Assembly (NCBI RefSeq): GCF_001194135.2
Contig: NC_069000.1
Coordinates: forward strand, 462,885-512,216
Length of the DNA stretch: 49,332 nucleotides
Origin: Octopus bimaculoides
Lineage: Eukaryota
Direction: 5' to 3'
Shown here: positions 46,768 to 49,332 of the stretch, piece by piece
How positions within the stretch are numbered: the stretch's first letter is position 1
How the letters are laid out: each line of letters opens with the position of its first letter
Position numbers and translations under genes: made by a program
Notes under the pieces: generated by a model
Told to the model about the DNA's origin: nothing
The model's database searches: none
What the model saw: the letters and a program-made list of their open reading frames with translations, nothing else

Positions 46768-48651
46768 GTGAGTAGCAGATACGTTGTTGTTCTTGTTGGG
46801 GGGGGGGGGGCTGCCTCTTTATTATTTTCAAAATTCATTGAAACAAAGACATTGTATTTGGCAAAAATATGGTAAGAAAAGAGCTTGAACTCAGAACTAC
46901 AAAGCAACTAAAACAATAACTTTTTCTAAGATAACAAAACCTATTCTAGTGTTCCTACCACGTGCATTAGTAATCTATAGTAATTGTTTTAATACCTTCA
47001 CATTTTATGCTTTGTGGAATTCAGTTGTGCCTCTAGGTTTCTATGTTCTAACTTGACAGAGGGAACGTGTTGGAGTCCTCTTTATTATCATATTCCACCT
47101 GGGTGTCACTAAAATACCCTACACATACTGAAGTAGATTTAAACTGCCTACACCCAAAACTTTTGGGCCTCGTTCCAGTTTGTGAAATCAATATTTTCGG
47201 GGTTACACACATGCAAGAAATCAATAAGCACTTTCTATTTTATTCTTTATTGTTGCTGTTTTGATTCCTCAGTTGAGAGAATATTCTTTTCACAAATACT
47301 GACAAAGCTGGAAACATTGTCAATCAGAACAATAGAATAACAAGTTATATTTTCAAATACAAAATCTATCTTTCATGTCTTCTAATTTGTAGCAGTTATC
47401 ATCATCATCTTTTAATATCTGTCTTCCATGCTGGCATGGGTTGAACAGTCTGACAAGATCTGACATGGCAGAGGACAGTGCTGTGTTCAAAGTTTACTTT
47501 GGCATTATTTTGGCTATCAATATTCAAAAATATTTTTTATAGAGATTGTTACATTGTTTTCTGTTAACCAATAACTCTTCCATTGATCATTAAGAGCATT
47601 TCATCTGTTACTTTGTAGCATAATGGACGGGAAATGAACAACTGGTAAGATGTTAGACATAGGAGCTATGCCTAAATTATCTTTCTCTAGTTTAGTGATG
47701 GAAAGGAAACCTCTTTATTATTTGAACACAAAAATTCCATTTGGAGTTTCAAATGATCACTGATTTCATTATCAAAAGGTCAATTAATTAATTAAATGTT
47801 TTGTTACCTTTCCAGCAAGGTAAACATCATTAATGTTTTGGTGTCTTGGATCAATTTCGGGTGGTTTAATGTTCTTTGCTAATTCATCTTTAAAAAAAAA
47901 GACTCAAGAGATATTTTAATGATGTCAGCCAATACGAATGATGAAACTCGAAATACTCAGATTAGAATTCGACATTCATTAAATTTACCTTTTCTGTCAA
48001 ACTGAAGGAAAGCATTATTATTTATTCTGTTCCATGGTTGTTTTTATATGTCATCAATTCTGGTCCTATCAACTTTGTCATCTCGTGAAATAAATAAATA
48101 ACACATCAAATTCTTCTCATGTCACTACAATAACTATTTATCATAACTATAACTATATATACAGTTATATATATATATATATAATTATATTATTGTATAT
48201 ATATATATGTGTGTGTGTGTGTGTGCGTATATATAGTTGTTTGTTCAGTTTCTGTTGGGTTGTTCGTTTTATCAGAAATTGAGTTGTTTGTCAACAAATG
48301 ATTTAGACTCATCAAAACAATTTTTGTTTCATTAACATTTTATAGAAGTTTTGTCTTTTATTTGTATTTCTCAGAGTAACACTGCAGCGTTTACAACAGA
48401 TAGCTTTTTTATTGTTTTCATTTAGATTCTAGCAACCATTTCCCTTCCAATCACTGTTCACATCAATTTTGTCTTTCTTTTCAATGGATCTTCACTCATT
48501 ATAGAAGAGGATATTAAACATTATTTTATAAATATTTATATAATATAAATATAAACATTGCATAAATATTTATGTAAATATTATATAAATATTGTACAAA
48601 TGTTTATATAAATATATAAATATCATATGAATATTGTATAAATATTTATTC

Positions 48652-49332
48652 AAATGGGGGTGGGGCAAAATGAGTAATTTCTGATTTCTTATTATTTTCT
48701 TTTTACTTGTTTGGAATAATTATGTTGCAAGTATTGCATCATAATCCCTTTGTTCCATCGCATCGTCTTTGGGAATAAAAATTGGTCAGCATGGTTGATG
48801 TTGTTGTTGAGGTTGAAGAGGGTTTGGAATATGGTCAGGTGATTGGTGCTTTTTGTTTTTCAAGAAATTTCCTTTCATTTTTAACCCAATTCTAATTGAG
48901 GTTGCTAATAAAATATCTGGACAATTTTTGGTGTTTAACAGTCACAATTCTTTTCTCTTTTGAATTCCAAGTTGGGTTTTTTTCTCACATTAGTGTCTAA
49001 TTTGATAATTTTCAATTTAGAAAAAAAATGTCTTAACTGGGTCAAATCGAGTAATGACCAATTTCGTAAATTTCTGCTCTTTACCATGAAAAACCCACTC
49101 CAGCAGATTCTGAAGAAGCTATAGATAATATTTTATGTCAAGTTTTTAGATTTAGCCAAGTTTCGTTTAATTTCATATCATGTGCCATTTTTCCATGATC
49201 CTCTTACAATTTGACTGAGATATTTCGAATTTTTGTTGAATTTCTAATCTTTCCAATGTCTAAGGATGGATATTGATGTGTTATGAGTTTTTTTTTCCCC
49301 CAAATGTAATTCTGGAGAATTGAAGAAACAAA
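48652..49332. mobile_element. Non-autonomous DNA transposon, copy B (cut by the window end)
   Basis: Direct-orientation homolog of 12941-13612. Its left end aaatgggggtggggcaaaatgagtaa nearly matches the reverse complement of 13829-13853. Confidence 0.85.

Noticed and set aside
46768-46875. Last 35 codons of ORF 45973-46875
   Set aside because: They follow a consensus GTGAGT donor and run into a G-run and AT-rich sequence; treated as intron read-through.
1-49332. CRISPR array, operon, prophage or other prokaryote-type system
   Set aside because: No repeat-spacer array or dense ORF cluster; the dispersed repeats are irregularly spaced and diverged, as in a eukaryotic intron or intergenic region.

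Overview
This is animal genomic DNA from a gapped short-read assembly: 13 N-runs totalling 4,884 bp (about 10%), most next to microsatellites or G/C runs. The SINE families and extreme microsatellite load point to Octopus; this is recognition from memory, not a database result. Only one host coding exon is well supported. It spans 45904-46767 (+), with a strong acceptor, an in-frame stop upstream of ATG 45973, a short uORF, 265 Ser/Tyr/Arg-rich codons and a CG|GTGAGT donor. I cannot identify the gene. The rest is intronic or intergenic: five recurrent SINE-like families, fossils of R4/Dong, RTE, Penelope-like and Tc1/mariner elements, several MITE or foldback elements, and simple repeats. There is no rRNA, bona fide tRNA gene, CRISPR array or operon-like cluster, and I find no evidence for a new multi-gene system. 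The most interesting unexplained signals are: (1) a tRNA-sized cloverleaf closed by a perfect 15-bp stem at 39729-39820; (2) a left-to-right loss of CpG inside copies of one SINE family, suggesting a methylation-domain boundary near 29-33 kb; (3) a ~700-bp element present twice with mosaic identity; (4) two degenerate Penelope-type hammerhead motifs; (5) an R4/Dong 3' end inserted in (TAA)n. Repeat boundaries were read by eye and are approximate to about 10-20 bp.
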